64,000 nt of DNA, taken from assembly GCF_009914755.1 (NCBI RefSeq), contig NC_060935.1. The stretch is one strand, 5' to 3'. The stretch's first letter is position 1. Every line of letters begins with the position of its first letter. A program made the translations under genes and the position numbers. This DNA comes from the human T2T-CHM13v2.0 reference genome, Homo sapiens. Shown here piece after piece: positions 40,707 through 55,262 of this stretch. The notes under the pieces were generated by a model that did no database searches, was not told where the DNA came from, and worked only from the letters and a program-made list of their open reading frames with translations.

Positions 40707-41896
40707 TGATTGGAGGCAGTGCAGGGTATGTCCCGGGGATGGGTGAAAAGGTGGTTAAGAGAACATAAAGCAATTTTTATGCACCAGGGCTAAGCATTGC
40801 CTTCCTCCATTACTAAGACCCAGTCAGCTTTAAAGAGGCTCTCAGCTTTTGTTTCCATGATTTTGAAGATAATGGTTTCCAAATTGCCAATGTGCAGCAC
40901 ATTTCAGATAAAATCCCAAACAAAATGTCTGTGAAGATATGAACTAAAATCATAACCACTTCCATTGAAATATTACTTATCCCCTGCATTGTAAAATTTT
41001 CCCATAAACCTGATCCCAAGGGTATAAAGAAGTGACTACCAGATCCCATGGCAATTCCAAGGGAGAAGAGAATCCTGTCTTATTTTCTAATAAGTCCTGC
41101 TTTGTAGTAGACTTTATTTTTGGAAGGCTCTAAAATGGGAAGCAGGGGAATAGGGAACTAGGAAATGAATTCAGTCTTTTACAGTTTTACTCTCTGGAAA
41201 CAAAAGTGTCTACTTGTGTGGTTGTGATGGCAAATGAGTGGTATCCTCAAACCCCACTGCTCTGTGGGACCAGAATCAAACAAAAATAACAGAAAAGGAT
41301 TACTATCAAAATATTCATGAGGTTATATAAAAAAAAAAGTACCATGATTAGACAGTCTTTGTTTTTCATAAGAGACTATTCCTGTCTTTTAAAACAAAGA
41401 TCTAACAAAGTCTTTGTGATTATCTAATAGAAAAAAATTTTTTGCAATACCAGAGGCTTAGTGAGCAGAATTGAACCCAAAGTTTTGCATTCTAATTCTG
41501 GCTCTATCACCAACCATCTGTGTAACCTTTGACTACTCCTCTCCCCTTTGGTTTTTACATTTCTCATCTGCACAATAACACTAAAAATAATTGGGCTCCT
41601 TCCCTTTTCAGGACTCTTGATTTCAAACAGAGGATGGAGGGGAAACTGATTTATAAACATAAAGGATGGCTATGATAATGAAGATTATATTCTAGGGCAG
41701 AATTTTAAACATTCTGTTTGTTGTTTTCCTTCTTAGAAAGATTTCTATAAAGCTATTTGTTTCAAAACTTAAAAAAAAAAGAATGTTAAATTTTATCCCA
41801 TTGTATAATGTCTGGTGGATTGGGGTATGTATGTATTTAAGTTTTCCATCCAAAACATGATTTACAAAGACAGGTAAGGAATACATCCTTTAAAAA

Positions 41897-42311
<415 letters not shown>

Positions 42312-42536
42312 TGAATGAGCATTTTATGAAGTACAGCAAATACCAAGTGACAACAGATTGAGTGTGCCTAGGAAGTAAACTCCATATACACTGTCACCCC
42401 TAAATGAGCATAGATACCCTGGAGGGAATATATTGATATATTCCTAGGATCATCTAGACTCAACATTTATGTCAGTGAAATCAGCATTTTTCGATGGAGT
42501 CACAGAATTTACTCTACAGTATTATCTTTATAGCTG

Positions 42537-42648
42537 GGAAAGAAAGAAAGAAAAGAGAAAGAGAGAGAAAGAAGGAAAGAAAGAAAGAAAGAAATAGAAA
42601 AAGAAAGAGAGAGAGAAAGAAAGAAAGAAAGAAAAAAGAAAGAAAGAA
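42537..42648. repeat. (GAAA)n / purine-rich tract
   Basis: ~110 bp of almost only A/G. Confidence 0.92.
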
Positions 42649-42649
42649 A

Positions 42650-42970
42650 TTAAAACCTAGTTATGAAAGTTATTATGCTGAATGAAAAAAGCCAGTCTCA
42701 AAAGGTTGCACAGTGTATGGTTCCATTTATAATGACATTGTAAAAAAGACAAAATTACAATAGCAGAGAATGATCAGTGGTCAGCAGTGATTAAGGGTGG
42801 AAGCAGGTGTGCCTACTGAGGAATAGCACAAGAGAGTTTGGGGGCTTACTGAACTGTAGTGCATCCTAATTGTGATGGTGGTCACACAAATCCATACATG
42901 TCTTAAAATTCATAGAACTGTACAGCAAAAAAGTCCATTTCACTATACGATAATTTAAAAATAAAATTAA
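42650..42970 (+). mobile_element. L1MC/MD 3' fragment
   Basis: 'attatgctgaatgaaaaaagccagtctcaaaaggttgcac...gtatggttccattt'. Confidence 0.8.
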
Positions 42971-43888
42971 CAAAAGTGATAAAATGCAAAAATAATCACA
43001 TTGTTCAATTACATGCAGCAGAAGTCCAGCCTTGACCTCTGATATGTCACTAGATTTATTAAAAAAAAAAAAAAAAGTTTTACAGTGGCTCTTTTCTAAC
43101 TTTAATAAGCACATAAAATCCTTGGGGCTTTGGTTAGGATGAAGATTCTCATTCAGTGGATCTGAGATGGGACCTGAGTATAATAACTAGGTGATGCCCT
43201 TCTGTGTCTGTAGACAACACTGAGAGATGTGTAGGCTTTGTATTATTTAATTCATTTAAAGCAATTATGGCAAGTATGTGTTGTTTAGAGCAATTATGGC
43301 AAATATGTGTCATATGCCAATCACCCCCATTCCTCACCCATAGCAGAGATCACTCATTGTTCAAACATAAGTTCCTCCTGAGCCTAAATATGCCCATTAG
43401 ATAGAGCACTGTAGAAGGCAGGCGCTGCTTATAGGAGTGGTCATGTGAGATGGAACGTGGAGGACTGATGTTAGTCCCATCCAGCGGCATTACAGAGAAA
43501 TCCACCGAGAAAACTCACATCCTTTCTGGGGTCTTACTGTCCTATCTCCAAAACTCTGTGTGTTCTAGACAAACTAGCCACAGTCAATAACAGATATATC
43601 TTTCCTTCCAGCTAAGATAAGCAAGCTTGTCTTTCTGACCAGTCTGTCAGAAGCCTAATTGAAAAATAAAATTAACAAATGTGGTAAAACGCAAAAATAG
43701 CCTAAATGACTTGAGGGCAGGGACGTATCATCCACTTCTTTTGGTAATTCCCTTCTTACTACTTTGAGCCTCAGTTTCTGCATTTATAAAATAAGAATCA
43801 TAATCTTATCTCGTAGACTTGTTGTGAGGACTAATAAGATAATCAACACGAAGCTCTTAGAATAGTACCCAGCGCAGAGTAAGACTCA

Positions 43889-44277
<389 letters not shown>

Positions 44278-44595
44278 CACTGCTATAGAGAAGCCAAGAG
44301 AATGAAGCAAACACTGAATTTGAGCCAAAGGACAGAGGTCATAGTATCAGCCTTCTCCCTATACCTCTCTGAACTTTCGTTTCTTCTTAGGTATAATAAA
44401 AATTGGATAGTTTTTTTATTAATTTCAGCTCTGACATTTTGTGAATTGATAAAATTCTATAACACTCCTGTGAAGCGTCCAAGCTGTTTTCGAAATCCTG
44501 AATATCCAGTTGAGAGCAAAAGAAAAAAATTATAATACTTCCAAAAATTAGTTGAGGCAAAAATTGAGTTAATTACCACTTGACTTATTGGTTTT

Positions 44596-44614
44596 CTGCC
44601 ACTGGAGGGCGTGC
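44596..44614 (+). promoter_or_regulatory. Candidate CTCF site
   Basis: GCCACTGGAGGGCGT, one mismatch to core CCASYAGRKGGCR; CpG retained; unique DNA. Confidence 0.5.
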
Positions 44615-45789
44615 AGTACTTGTTTGTAAAATGGCCTTCTAGGTTTTAGCTCTCTTGCACACAACTTCAATTTCAGTCCATTGAATTGGAATCAAAGAAT
44701 CAAAGAAACCACCTCCTTCCTTTGACAGAGTTAATAGGTAAGGAGGTACAGCCTGCAGAGACGATGTGAGTTAGAAAACTCAACAGAGAGAAGTGTGCTT
44801 AATCTTTCTGATGCCAATTCTACTACCTTTATTTCTCCATAATATTATCCCTAAACAGCCCTTCATGCCACATCCTCTCTTAACTTTTTTAAAGAGGAAC
44901 TCTTAGGAGATTGTGAGCCCATCTCTTCTCCTCACTCCTGCACATGGCTTCTCCAAGTTCTCTTTTCTTTTTCGCAAACCTCCAGCAGAAAGCAGGGCCT
45001 GGGCCTCTTTAATACGGCCCTGGCATACTGAATGGGGTTAGTACATAAACAGCAAGGATCCATTTAATGGGCTCTGGCAGATTCGCTTCATTCTTGATCT
45101 GGGATGTGAATGGTGCAAAAGGTAGAAGAGAAGGTGCTTTCCAGACAGCCATTTTTTACTGAAACTTATTGTCCATTAGCCTTGAGAAATGGAAATGGGT
45201 GGTACAATGGAAGTGAGACATAGTTCCTTCATTTAAAGAACTCCCAAAATAATTAGGGTGACTAAATATAAAATTGAGGGGTGAGAAGGGAAAATTCTTG
45301 AAGGGCCTTCAGAGATCAAGTTTTAGGAACACAGACTTACTCTCTTTTGCTACATGTGACTACCTGAAGTTCTATGTTGAAATCAATTGGGATGCCTCTT
45401 CCCAATTAAGAAAGAATGTGTGTTGCAATGAATCATTCATGTCTGCCAGGAGCATACGATGCAGTAGGATATGCATGCATTTACTAACCCTGACCTCTAA
45501 TCCAGGACCCACTATTTTTCTCTTTTTTTCAGATTGGGAAACTAAGGCCCAGAGAAGAAAAAGGAAGTGGTCAAGGTCATTCAGCTAAAGGACAAGAGGT
45601 GAATTTTCAAAGCATTGTAACCCTGAGGCTGCTCGGTTCAGGGTACAGGGTCAACAGACAAGGAACACTCCTGTGTTTCTGTTCTCAAAGCCACGGGTGA
45701 TTCTCTCACCTCAGCTAAGTAGTCCTGACACATTTTGGACCAATTTGTTTCTCTTTCTACAAATATTTTGTAATTCCTTCTCCCTTTTT

Positions 45790-47225
45790 AACTTTTTTCT
45801 AATAAAATTGTTGTTATGTATAAAAGAATGTGTGTAGCACACAAAGAAATAAAGTGTAAAAATAAAATAAACACAAATGATCCACCCCTTAATTTAAAAA
45901 AATAGGAACTACACATGTGTGCTTCCTTGACCCCACTCCCTACCTCCCTGCCAGGAGGTATCCACTCTCTTAAATTTTGCTTTCTTCATTCCCTTAGTTT
46001 CTCTTTCAAGCTTTAATACATGCATACATATCTTTAGACATTGCATTTTTTTGTTTCACTCATTTTTAGATGTTATACAAATGCAATCATGAAGCTTGCG
46101 TTCTTTTGTAGTTTCATTTTTCACTTAAAATTATATTTCAAAGATTTCCAAAGTTGTAGCTCATTCATCTATAATAGTATTTCATTGTGTAAATATTCCA
46201 TAATTTATGTATCCATTCTACTGTTGATCAATATGTGAATGGTTTCCAGGGTTTTTTAATTGTTAAGAATTTTGCTATGTTTTTTTTAATATTTCCTGGC
46301 ACCCATGTGCAACAGTTTCTCTAGAGCAGTGGTTCTTCATCAGAGCAATTTTCCCTCTTCAGGGACATTTGACAATACCCAGACACATTTTTGATCATCA
46401 CAACCAGAGGGACCCCTGGAGAGAAATGGGGACAAAGGGCTTCCTCTGGCTAGAAGCTAGCGGCCAAGGATGCCGTTAACCAGCCAAGAACAGCCCTGCA
46501 CAACAAAGAATGATCTGGATCAAAATGTCAGCAGTGCGGAGTCTGAGAAACCCAGCTCTGGAGGATACACATGGGTTGAAATTTCTGAGTTATAAGTGTG
46601 CCAACTTCAAATTTACAAGATAGTATCACATTGCTTGCCAAAATGTACCAATTTCTACACCAACAAGGAGTATGTAAATCTCATCGCTCCATATTTTATC
46701 CAACACTTGGTACTGTTAGCTTTTAAAAATATATATATTGGCCAATCTAGTTGGAATAAAATGGGTGGAATATAGTATCTACTACTAATGAGATGAGCAT
46801 CTTTTATATGACTGTTGGCTATTTATGTTTCCTCTTCTGTGATTTGCCTGTTCATGTAATTTTCCCATTTCTCTTTTAACTATGTTTGTTTGCATTGTTT
46901 GTATAGATTTCTGGATTTTTAAAAATATTTTGTATATTAATCACAATTAATTAATTATATCACAAAAATCTTCTCCCAATTTGAGGAATTTGAGGTTCAT
47001 CTTTTTTTAATTGTGCCTTTTGAGAACAGAAATTAATTCTAATTTTGATGTGGTTGAATTTATCTATTTTACATCAAGTACTTTATGAGTCTCATTTAAT
47101 AAATCATTTCCTACCTCTGGGTCATATGGTTATTCTTCTATATTTTCTTCTAAAATGTTTAAGGTTTTGCCTTTCACATTAATGCCATCTGGAATTGATT
47201 TGGGCTATGATGTAAGTAAGGTAGA
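45790..47225 (-). mobile_element. L1ME-like old L1 3' region
   Basis: 'tttcctcttctgtgatttgcctgttcatg', 'tattcttctatattttcttctaaaatgtttaagg'. Confidence 0.75.
46327..46555 (+). mobile_element. MER20 (hAT-Charlie) inserted in the L1ME
   Basis: cagtggttct...gagaaacccag; 8-bp TSD ctct(a/g)gag at 46319-46326 and 46556-46563. Confidence 0.9.
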
Positions 47226-47844
47226 ATAGAATCTTTCAGAACTGTCCTGCACCTCCCTTTGTCTAAGTCAATTTTCTAGGCTCATTCACTAGGACAAAGT
47301 CTTTTAACCACAGGCTTTACCCAAGGACTTCAGGGGAAGAAGAATCTAATTGGCCTCCTCCCCTATTCTTTTGGAGGCCTCACTAAATGAGCAGATTGTG
47401 AGGAATGAGCACACTGACCCCAGACTATCTGAGTTCCTTAGCTCCTACCTATGCCTGTTCAGCTTAAGATCTCTCTCCAGTGTGCCAAACAGGCTCACAT
47501 CAAAATGCTGGGAACTTACTGCACCCAACCCATGAGCTCTCAATTTCTTAAAGAACTTCAGAAAGAAAAGGAAAGAAGTATTTACTAATGGTAGAACTGC
47601 AGGCACAAATAGAGGCAGTGGGGGCTGATTTAAAAAGGTCCCACCCACACTCACTCCAGAAAGAATAGGAGGTAGCTGCCTACTTGTAAGGAGAAAGGCC
47701 CACCTCTCCACATGTCCTGTGACTGTAGAGGAGAGTGTTACAACTGAGTCTGGTTCCACTCTACTCCCTGCTATGGCTTCAGCAGCCCAGTTCTCAAAGT
47801 TTAGTGCAGTAGCCAGAGCCAGCAATCGATGTGAGGAAGGTGCT

Positions 47845-48039
47845 CAGTGGTGGGCTGGGGTCAGTAGCACAGGTTCTAAGGAGTCAATTTTATGTACCCC
47901 CTCCCCACTTCGCATCACCTTGGCAGCTTGAAATCAACAACTGTGGGATCATTTGCAGTGTTTAATTGGCAAACACCACAAATCCAGCCTTCTCCCTCCT
48001 CCTAGTGCCTGCTGTTAAACATTTACCAGCACACCACTG
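47845..48039 (+). mobile_element. MER63-like (hAT-Blackjack) MITE
   Basis: TIRs cagtggtgggctgg / ccagcacaccactg; internal 'cagcttgaaatc...aattggcaaac...gttaaacattt'. Confidence 0.8.
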
Positions 48040-48269
48040 AAAGCACTGCAATCCCACTCACTTGAAGCCCCCAGTTAGCAGATCCCCTGTGATTAGCTCT
48101 GACCCTGAGGCAACCCTAAGTGCAAGTCGGTGGCTCCACCTATTCAGTTATCTGCTGCCTTGGCCAGTCCTGATGCACTTCCTCCAAAACCTAGGGCTTC
48201 ATGCAACCTATGTTGAAAACTCTTAGTTTTCCCCCAGCTCAGATACTAAATTGCAACGCCTTTAGCCTG

Positions 48270-48985
48270 TGCCCCTGTCATTTTGTCCTTGCCTGGACCA
48301 CTATTGTAATAGATTCCTAACCAATCCCCATATCCACTCTTTGTGTCCTTCAATCTATTCTCCTCATTCTCTTCAGTGTGTTCTTTTACCCTGCACCGCA
48401 ACACTCTTTTACTCAAACCCTCCAAGGGCTTTCTATTTGACTTAGAACAAAATTCAAACCTTGATCATTGGCCCTCAAGTCCCTAATCTGTCTATTCCCT
48501 GAATATTTCTCCAAACATGTTGTCTACTCTTCTCCTTCGCACTAAGCTCCAGCCACATGGACTCTTTTCATTTCTCAAACTCAACAGTCTTTGCAGTTGC
48601 AGCTTTGTAAGCCTGATAGCTTCCCTCTCCAGATCTGTATATGGCTGGCTCCTTCTTATCTCAGTACAAAGGTTATCTTCTCAGAAAAGCCTTTCTTGAT
48701 CACCAGTAAAACTCTACCAATTCCCAACCCCACCCCAAGGCATTCTCTATCCGGCACTCTTTGTGCTTGTGTTTGTTTTCTTCCCATTCCTTATTACTAT
48801 CTGAAATTACATTATTAATTGCTTTTTTGTTTACCTGTTTATTGTCTGTGTTTACCTCTAGGATCTAAGTACCAGGAGGTCAAGGACTCTGTCTGCTTTG
48901 TTTCAATCTGTGCCTCCAGCATTCAGCACAATGCCTAGCACATGATAGATACTCAGTAAATATTGTTGAACTAATGAATGAACTT
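48270..48985 (+). mobile_element. L2 3' region
   Basis: 'cttgcctggaccactattgtaatag' ... 'cacaatgcctagcacatgatagatactcagtaaatattgttgaactaatgaatgaa'. Confidence 0.8.
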
Positions 48986-49595
48986 AATGTTGTTATCTTG
49001 GCATTAATGGCAGCACTAGAGCCCAACCAGACCTAGCAGGGACGTTCACAAAGGCTGCATTTTCTTAATGTTTTTATCCTTCAGTGAGAGTGTTCTCCTT
49101 GGTACTTATACTGCTATCCCCTAAAAGAGACATTAACTTCACCCTGGACTGACTTGAGGAATTCAAAGAAACTCAAATGCCCCTACACTGCAAATAAAAC
49201 CATCCATGTCCTTAACTCTTTTCTTTTCCAAGTGCATTATTTTCCTGATTTGTAGGATACTGGGAAGGGTCTGGGACCTAATTAGAAAAACGTTGGTCCT
49301 CCATAAATAAAACTACTCTCATGGAAGAATTCCAGCGTGTGATCTCTTCCCCACAAAATCTCATTCTCCAGTTCCAGTGCTGCGAACTTCTCTCTGTGAT
49401 CTGCGTCCTGTTCTCTGTCTCCCTAACTGTGCATGTGTGTCCTTCTAGTTCTCTGCAGTGATTGCCAGAAATCTGTTAATCTCCTTTGGATATAAACTCC
49501 TGTTCTATTTTGGTCTTCAAGGTTTTTCTTTTCTTTTCTTTTCTTTTTTTTCAATCTCAAAAGAAACGTATATTTGGCAAACAGGTTTGATCAGT

Positions 49596-49914
49596 TTATT
49601 TTCTTTATTTCTTTCATTTTTTCTTTAAGATGGAGTTTTGCTCTTTTGCCCAGGCTACAGTGCAACGGCATGATCTCGGCTCACCACAACCTCCACCACC
49701 TGGATTCAAGTGATTCTCCTGCTTTCTACCTCAGCCTCCTGAGTAGCTGGGATTACAGGCATGTGCCACCACGCCTGGCTAATTTTGTATTTTTAGTGGA
49801 GGCAGGGTTTCTCCATGTTGGTCAGGCTTGTCTTGAATTCCTGACTTCAGGTGATCCACCCGCCTCTGCCTCCCAAAGTGCCAGGATTACAGGCATGAGC
49901 CACCTCGCCGGGCC
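49596..49914 (-). mobile_element. AluSp
   Basis: 'ggtttctccatgttggtcaggct', 'ctaattttgtattttt'; TSD gatcagttt. Confidence 0.92.
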
Positions 49915-50155
49915 CAGATCAGTTTTTTTCAAATTCACCTGAAGGGAAATCTTGATGCTAACAGATTAGAAGATAACAGTCTCCTTCCCTCACTCCCAAA
50001 AAGAACCCCAGTCCCTAGTCAGGACCCCAAAAGCAAGATCTAGTCTTTAAAGCCTAATATGATATTTGGTGCCCTCAAGATCCCCCTCCTGGATCTTCTC
50101 TCAAAAGATACTGTTAATGAAGATGAAAAAGGTACCTGATAACTCTGCTGTGACC

Positions 50156-50299
50156 GTCAGGTGATGGGTGCACCAAAATCTCAGAAATCACCACTAAAGA
50201 ACTTATCTATGTAACCAAACACCACCTGTTCCCCAAAAACCTATTGAAATTAAAAAAAAAAAAAAAGAGGAGCTAAACATCAGGAAAAAAAAATGAAAA
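50156..50299 (+). mobile_element. Very short L1PB/L1MA 3' end with poly(A), short extra tail and 31-bp TSD
   Basis: 'gtgatgggtgcaccaaaatctcagaaatcaccactaaagaactt...ccccaaaaacctattgaaat'; TSD 50125-50155 / 50300-50330. Confidence 0.88.
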
Positions 50300-50699
50300 G
50301 AAAAAGGTGCCTGATAACTCTGCTGTGACCATAAAGGCAATATACCAATATACTCTGCCCTGTCCACACGGCTCTAGATTTTCCAAAGAGCATGTTCCCT
50401 GAATTCTCTCCCTCCTTACTTACGAAGCACTTTGATAAGAACTTTGTGTTCTGTGTGAGTTGTCCATTAGGTAATCTCAACTGGAAAAGGAGTCCTAACT
50501 TTGTCCCAAGTGCTACCCCCACCACACCAATAACCTGGCTAGGTTGAGAAGTGTTTTAAACGGCTTTTATATTCTATAAACTAACAGTCAATCCTTACTA
50601 TTTGCCCAATATATGTCCTGAGACTTTTTCACATCTTTAATTTTGTGACTACCCAAGGCATATAACTTTCCCTAGTAAGTGCATATTTAACCTTATAAT

Positions 50700-51890
<1,191 letters not shown>

Positions 51891-52800
51891 CAAATAAATA
51901 CAGAGGAACCTTAATGAATTAGAATGCTGTCATTAACCGAGGAATAAGCAAGACAAGGTTCATTATTCTACTATTTTCCGTTGAAGCTCTTTCCAGAAAG
52001 TGTGAATCCAGCGTAGCGCTCTGGAAGTCAAAGTCAGCAAACATGACAGTAATGTTCTTTGTAACCTGAAAATCTGATGGGGCCTTGGCACCATTTTCAC
52101 CAGTAACAACATTCAGTTGCTACTGTTCAGGGCAATAAGTGAAGATGAAAAAGGTATGGGATTGAGTCTTGACTGTTTTCACAAAATTCACTGAGATTGA
52201 CTTGTTCATTATTGTTTTTTAGAAAACCTATGCTATTTACTTGTCTGTCCACTAATTGGCCTCTAGGTCCTAACAGTGGAGTATGGAGATTCTCAGTGGC
52301 TTATTCGTGCAATTTTTCCATCCCGTATGCATGTGTATTTGTGTATGCAGTTCTATGCCACAGGCAAGTTATTTAAATTCTCTGACCCTCAGTTTTCTCA
52401 TCTGTAAAAGGAGATGGTACAATCAAGGTTGTTGCAAGTCTTTGCAAAGCATTGAGAGTTGCAGGCCCTCACATTGATAGTTGTTATTAAGAAATGAGGA
52501 GGGAATATTCATAAAGAAATCTCCCTCCACATATTTAATCTCACTTTCTCCACAACCAAGATTATCTTACTTTGTTATTACCAATTGCTAAAATTTTAGA
52601 CTCATAAGTACTATATAAATTTCCTTTTCCCAACCACCTTGTGGTACTCTCCAAAACAGACCTTCACGGTTGGGCAATGGTAACAAGACCCAATTAATGC
52701 CACAAAGGCCATGCTGTGGCACCTTGCTAAATTCCTCTTTCTGGGTGTAAATGCTTTAAAAACAGTGTGCTGTTATCTCGAGGACTGGTCCTTGGGTTTT

Positions 52801-53214
52801 AGATAAGCTGGGACTTTCCATCGGTCTTCTTTCTGCTCATGGTAAACATCACCTTTCTCAGAGGTGCCCTGTCTCTGTTATATATATAACGCTCCACACA
52901 GGTCAGATATTCAGACAGAAGGCTCCTGACACTGCCATGAAGAAGGATGGCTCTGGGAGGGGTTTTCCATGTTACATTAGTTTTGAAGGTCAAAAGGTCA
53001 GCTCTGGGCAACTTGGGTCCTCCATCAGTAATCCCATCCAGGACAGGACCATCAATTCCCTTCATCTCAGCTGAGACCTAGCATCCCACTATCAGAGCCT
53101 AAGCCAATGACCTCTTATAATCTAACGGTCTTTCCCCTTACTAGGTTAGCCTCAAATAGGACATCAGGGGCCTACCCAAAGCCAGCAGGATTTGAAGAAA
53201 GTTGGGGAGTTTCC
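52801..53214 (+). promoter_or_regulatory. Candidate NF-kB/nuclear-receptor enhancer or promoter
   Basis: GGGACTTTCC 52810-52819, GGGGTTTTCC 52959-52968, GGGAGTTTCC 53205-53214; AGGTCAaaAGGTCA 52987-53000; GTAAACA ~52842; TATA-like palindrome 52877-52890. Confidence 0.55.
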
Positions 53215-53275
53215 AGCTGTACACAGAAAATAACTTCTTCACAATATGAGGGATTAAAATGTGGGGGAGGGGTAG

Positions 53276-53611
<336 letters not shown>

Positions 53612-54973
53612 TGAACTGTTTAAAGGAGTGATGGTTGAGAGGTTCAAATGTCTAAAGCAGGAGCCCAGAAAAGAAAATCACCTGGATATTTTTTTAATTT
53701 TCATAATAAACTTATGCTATGTATCTGCGTAAATAAATGTCATAAAACAACAGTGCAAAAAATGACCCTTCCATTTCTACAAAATGAGAGATTTATGCTA
53801 GCAGATTATAGGCCACTGACCAGACACAATGTTGGCCCTATCAGAAATTCTTGAACAGAAAGATAATGTCATTCCTATTTATATTATTATTTATTTTTAA
53901 ATAAGAGTCAATAAAACTTCTGGTCAACATGTAAGATATTGTAAGAACAATTAGTAAACATTATTTTTACCAAAGTAATCATGAGTATACTTGATTTTAG
54001 CTACTGGGGCTGGGGATGGGGATGTGGAACGCACACACGTGAAACAAAACAAGTATGGTCTATATCTCTGGAAGAACTGGAAACAGATATTTAAGAAAAA
54101 CTGCTTGTCATCTGCACAGCAAGATTAGTGCAACAAATACCACTTGGAATTCATTCTGTATTGGTGACAATGTGAGAGAGATGGGGTATGTTACCAGGAG
54201 ATTTCTGTGCTGGAAATAGATCACCGTTTCACTGAGTCATGTGTGTGTCTCAATGCATTAGTTAAACTAATCTAAAAAACAACAACAACAACAACCAAAC
54301 AACAAAAAACCATTTTTTAAAAGACGTGATAATTGTAAAGAATTTTTTTTTATCCTCCAGAGCACTCCCATATCTGTTATCTTACATCTTCTTCAGGGTC
54401 CAGGAGTAAAGATCAAAAGTGAATGAGGTTCCAGGTTTTGGATGCACTCTGGCCACGTGTCATGTCAGAGGGCGGAATTTTATGGCTCTTGAGTTGCCTT
54501 CTGTATGATCTCAAATAAGGGAATACAAAGTTACAGATACCAGAACTTAATGTGATTATGAGTTTGCTATAAATTTCAATTTGTTTCTAACAGATTATGC
54601 AGAAAGGGAGGAAAAAAAAATTCTGCAGGGAGCCTGTGCTTCAAAAAACGACTTGAGAAAACATGCTCAAGCTTTCCACTTCCCTTCTTTCTTCCTTCAC
54701 CTTTTCCCCTTCCTTCTTTCCTTTGAGTTGCTCTTTCTTCTTTAATATCCAAATCTAACTCATCAGGTTTTCAAATGCAACATTCTTTGCAGAACTAGAT
54801 GACTGTAGTATTGATTTATCTTTATACATAATAAAATGCATAATATTTAATTTCCTGAAACATTAATCAAACTATTATTTAACTTTTTTTAATGATGAAT
54901 TTTTAACTATAAATAGAAAATGTGCCTTTTTTAAGAAAAAAAGCTAAATGAATAATTTTTCCAAAATTAATCT

Positions 54974-55005
54974 CTTTTTTTTTGGTTCCAGAACCAAAAA
55001 AAAAG
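54974..55005. repeat. Perfect 15-bp inverted repeat, 2-nt spacer
   Basis: c-t9-ggttc / ca / gaacc-a9-g. Confidence 0.9.
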
Positions 55006-55127
55006 TGGAATATGATATTAATTTTGCATTATGAGGTGATCAGCACTTCCAACCAGCCCTCTGTTTTATTCTTAAGATCCTCTAGTTTTCCACATGGACA
55101 CTAACACAACAAGAAAATTCCTCTGTA

Positions 55128-55262
55128 TAGAAACTGGAATATAATCCCATAAATTATCATGTTTTATGACTGGAAAATATTTGCCAATGAAGAAATTGTC
55201 TGTAGGTATTTGTCTTAAGATTTTTGGCTGTTTAATAAAAATATAACTTTATTAAAAAAAAG
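55128..55262 (+). pseudogene. Short polyadenylated retrocopy (5'-truncated processed pseudogene or orphan 3' transduction), source unknown
   Basis: Perfect 16-bp TSD agaaaattcctctgta (55112-55127, 55263-55278); AATAAA 55234-55239; A tail 55254-55261. Confidence 0.8.

Noticed and set aside
42494-42685. K/E/R-rich ORF
   Set aside because: Translation of a (GAAA)n microsatellite.
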